Below, piece after piece: positions 60,745-64,000 of a stretch of DNA of 64,000 nucleotides. The stretch comes from Nemertoderma westbladi (lineage: Eukaryota; Animalia; Xenacoelomorpha). The translations under genes were made by a program, and so were the position numbers. Every line of letters starts with the position of its first letter. Within the stretch, counting starts at the first letter, position 1. Where the stretch lies: NCBI GenBank assembly GCA_032718475.1, contig JAUCBJ010000735.1:47444-111443 (forward strand), written 5' to 3'. The notes below the pieces were generated by a model that did no database searches, had not been told where the DNA came from, and saw nothing but the letters and a program-made list of their open reading frames with translations.

Positions 60745-63700
60745 GTCTTGGTGTAGACTGTAGAGTGGTACACAGCGAGGCGTTAGTGTTGGTGTAGAAT
60801 GGTACACTGCGATACGTTGATGTTGGTGTAGACTGGTACACTGCGAGACGTTAGTGTTGGTGTAGACTGGTACACTGCGAGACGTTAGTGTTGGTGTAGA
60901 CTGGTACACTGCGAGACGTTAGTGTTGGTGTAGACTGGTTCACTGCGAGACGTTATTGTTGGTGTAGACTGGTACACTGCAAGTCTTTAGTGTTGGTGTA
61001 GACTGGGAAATTGAGAAACGTTAGTGTTGGTGTAGACTGGTACACTGCGAGACGTTAGTGTTGGTGTAGACTGGTACACTGCGAGACGTTAGTGTTGGTG
61101 TAGACTGGTACACTGCGAGACGTTATTGTTGGTGTAGACTGGTACACTGCAAGTCTTTAGTGTTGGTGTAGACTGGGAAATTGAGAAACGATAGTGTTGG
61201 TGTAGACTGGTACACTGCGAGACGTTAGTGTTGGTGTAGACTGGTACACTGCGAGACGTTAGTGTTGGTGTAGACTGGTACACTGCGAGACGTTATTGTT
61301 GGTGTAGACTGGTACACTGAGAGACGTTATTGTTGGTGTAGACTGGTACACTGAGAGACGTTATTGTTGGTGTAGACTGGTACACTGCAAGTCTTTAGTG
61401 TTGGTGTAGACTGGGAAATTGAGAAACGTTAGTGTTGGTGTAGACTGGTACACTGCGAGACGTTATTGTTGGTGTAGACTGGTACACTGCAAGTCTTTAG
61501 TGTTGGTGTAGACTGGGAAATTGAGAAACGTTAGTGTTGGTGTAGACTGGTACACTGCGAGACGTTTTTGTTGCTGTAGACTGGTACACAGCGAGGCGTT
61601 AGTGTTGGTGTAGACTGGTACACTGCGAGACGTTTGTGTTGGTGTAGAATGGTACACTGCGAGACGTTAATGTTGGTGTAGAGTGGTACACTGCGAGACG
61701 TTAGTGTTGATGTAGACTAGTACAATGCGATACGTTGATGTTGGTGTAGACTGGTACACTGCGAGACGTTAGTGTTGGTGTAGACTGGTACACTGCGAGA
61801 CGTTATTGTTGGTGTAGACTGGTCGTACACTGCAAGTCTTTAGTGTTGGTGTAGACTGGGAAATTGAGAAACGTTAGTGTTGGTGTAGACTGGTAAACTG
61901 CAAGTCTTTAGTGTTGGTGTAGACTGGGAAATTAAGAAACGTTAGTGTTGGTGTAGACTGGTACACTGCGAGACGTTATTGTTGGTGTAGACTGGTACAC
62001 TGCAAGTCTTTAGTGTTGGTGTAGACTGGGAAATTAAGAAACGTTAGTGTTGGTGTAGACTGGTACACTGCTGAGACGTTATTGTTGGTGTAGACTGGGA
62101 AATTAAGAAACGTTAGTGTTGGTGTAGACTGGTACACTGCGAGACGTTATTGTTGGTGTAGACTGGTACACTGCAAGTCTTTAGTGTTGGTGTAGACTGG
62201 GAAATTAAGAAACGTTAGTGTTGGTGTAGACTGGTACACTGCGAGACGTTATTGTTGGTGTAGACTGGTACACTGCAAGTCTTTAGTGTTGGTGTAGACT
62301 GGGAAATTGAGAAACGTTAGTGTTGGTGTAGACTGGTACACTGCGAGACGTTATTGTTGGTGTAGACTGGTACACTGCAAGTCTTTAGTGTTGGTGTAGA
62401 CTGGGAAATTACGAAACGTTAGTGTTGGTGTAGACTGTTACACTGCGAGACGTTATTGATGGTGTAGACTGGGAAATTAAGAAACGTTAGTGTTGGTGTA
62501 GACTGGTACACTGCGAGACGTTAGTGTTGGTGTAGACTGGGAAATTGAGAAACGTTAGTGTTGGTGTAGACTGGTACACAACGAGACTTTAGTGTTGGTG
62601 TAGACTGGTACACTGCAAGTCTTTAGTGTTGGTGTAGACTGGGAAATTAAGAAACGTTAGTGTTGGTGTAGACTGGTACACTGCGAGACGTTATTGTTGG
62701 TGTAGACTGGTACACTGCAAGTCTTTAGTGTTGGTGTAGACTGGGAAGTTGAGAAACGTTAGTGTTGGTGTACACTGGTACACAACGAGACTTCAGTGTT
62801 GGTGTAGACTGGTACACTGCAAGTCTTTAGTGTTGGTGTAGACTGGGAAATTGAGAAACGTTAGTGTTGGTGTAGACTGGTACACTGCGAGACGTTAGTG
62901 TTGGTGTAGACTGGTACACTGCGAGACGTTAGTGTTGGTGTAGACTGGTACACTGCGAGACGTTAGTGTTGGTGTAGACTGGTACACTGCGAGTACGTTA
63001 GTGTTGGTGTCAGACTGGCACACTGCGAGACGTTAGTGTTGGTGTAGACTGGTACACTGCGAGACGTTAGTGTTGGTGTAGACTGGTACACTGCGAGACG
63101 ATTAGTGTTGGTGTAGACTGGTACACTGAGAGACGTTTTAGTGTTGGTGTAGACTGGTACACCGCGAGACGTTAGTGTTGGTGTAGACTGGGACATTGAG
63201 AAACGTTAGTGTTGGTGTAGACTGGTACACTGCGAGACGTTAGTGTTGGTGTAGACTGGTACACTGCGAGACGTTAGTGTTGGTGTAGACTGGTACACTG
63301 CGAGACTTTAGTGTTGGTGTAGACTGGTACACTGCGAGACGTTAGTGTTGGTGTAGACTGGTACACTGAGAGACGTTAGTGTGGTGTAGACTGGTACACT
63401 GCGAGACGTTAGTGTTGGTGTAGACTGGTACACTGCGAGACGTTAGTGTTGGTGTAGACTGGTACACTGCGAGACGTTAGTGTTGGTGTAGACTGGTACA
63501 CTGCGAGACGTTAGTGTTGGTGTAGACTGGTACACTGAGAGACGTTATTGTTGGTGTAGACTGGTACACTGCGAGACGTTAGTGTTGGTGTAGACTGGTA
63601 CACTGCGAGACGTTAGTGTTGGTGTAGACTGGTACACCGCGAGACGTTTAGTGTTGGTGTAGACTGGTACACTGGAGACGTATGTTGGTGTAGATGGTAC

Positions 63701-64000
63701 ACTCGAACTTAGTGTTGGTGTAGACTGGTACACTGCGAGACTTTAGTGTTGGTGTAGACTGGTACACTGCGAGACGTTAGTGTTGGTGTAGACTGGCACA
63801 TTGAGAAACGTTAGTGTTGGTGTAGACTGGTACACTGCGAGACGTTAGTGTTGGTGTAGACTGGTACACTGCGAGACGCTAGTGTTGGTGTAGACTGGGA
63901 AACTGAGAAACATTAGTGTTGGTGTAGACTGGTACACTGCGAGACTACGTTAGTGCTGGTGTAGACTGGTACACTGCGAGACGTTAGTGTTGGTGTAGAC
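60745..64000. repeat. 34-bp satellite (GTTAGTGTTGGTGTAGACTGGTACACTGCGAGAC)n, runs off the window end
   Basis: Period 34, roughly 95 copies, with a few recurrent variants. Confidence 0.97.

Noticed and set aside
60745-64000. CRISPR-like array
   Set aside because: The variable parts are a few recurrent variants rather than unique spacers, there are no cas genes, and the context is a eukaryotic intron.

Overview
This is animal (invertebrate-like) genomic DNA. Four phase-compatible + strand exons (2198-2447, 53713-53877, 58344-58497, 59395-59600) encode part of a single-TM guanylate cyclase with no kinase-homology domain, probably a NIT-domain GC. Its ~51 kb intron holds three nested BEL/Pao LTR retrotransposons, each bounded by a 5-bp TSD. 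Element A (+, 2578-47356) is the outer one. Element B (-, 2636-22070) sits in A's 5' LTR; it has a complete but disabled gag-pol plus two extra ORFs, one a DEDDy-exonuclease/zinc-knuckle protein. Element C (+, 28564-41363) is a sister of A inserted in A's gag. A and C are non-autonomous Gag-protease elements lacking RT, RNase H and the integrase core. The main signal is that none of the three has a tRNA primer-binding site. In each, the 10-11 nt directly after the 5' LTR are perfectly complementary to a site inside its own LTR, with a compensatory base change between A and C, which suggests Tf1-style self-priming in BEL/Pao elements. B also carries 12 dispersed, frame-independent copies of a 20-nt hairpin and a tRNA-like sequence in its LTR. 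B and A/C share an uncharacterised Cys/His accessory protein. The rest of the window holds a Gypsy RT relic, a 5'-truncated RTE-like LINE inside a minisatellite, and several tandem repeats. All comparisons were made by eye; no database searches were run.
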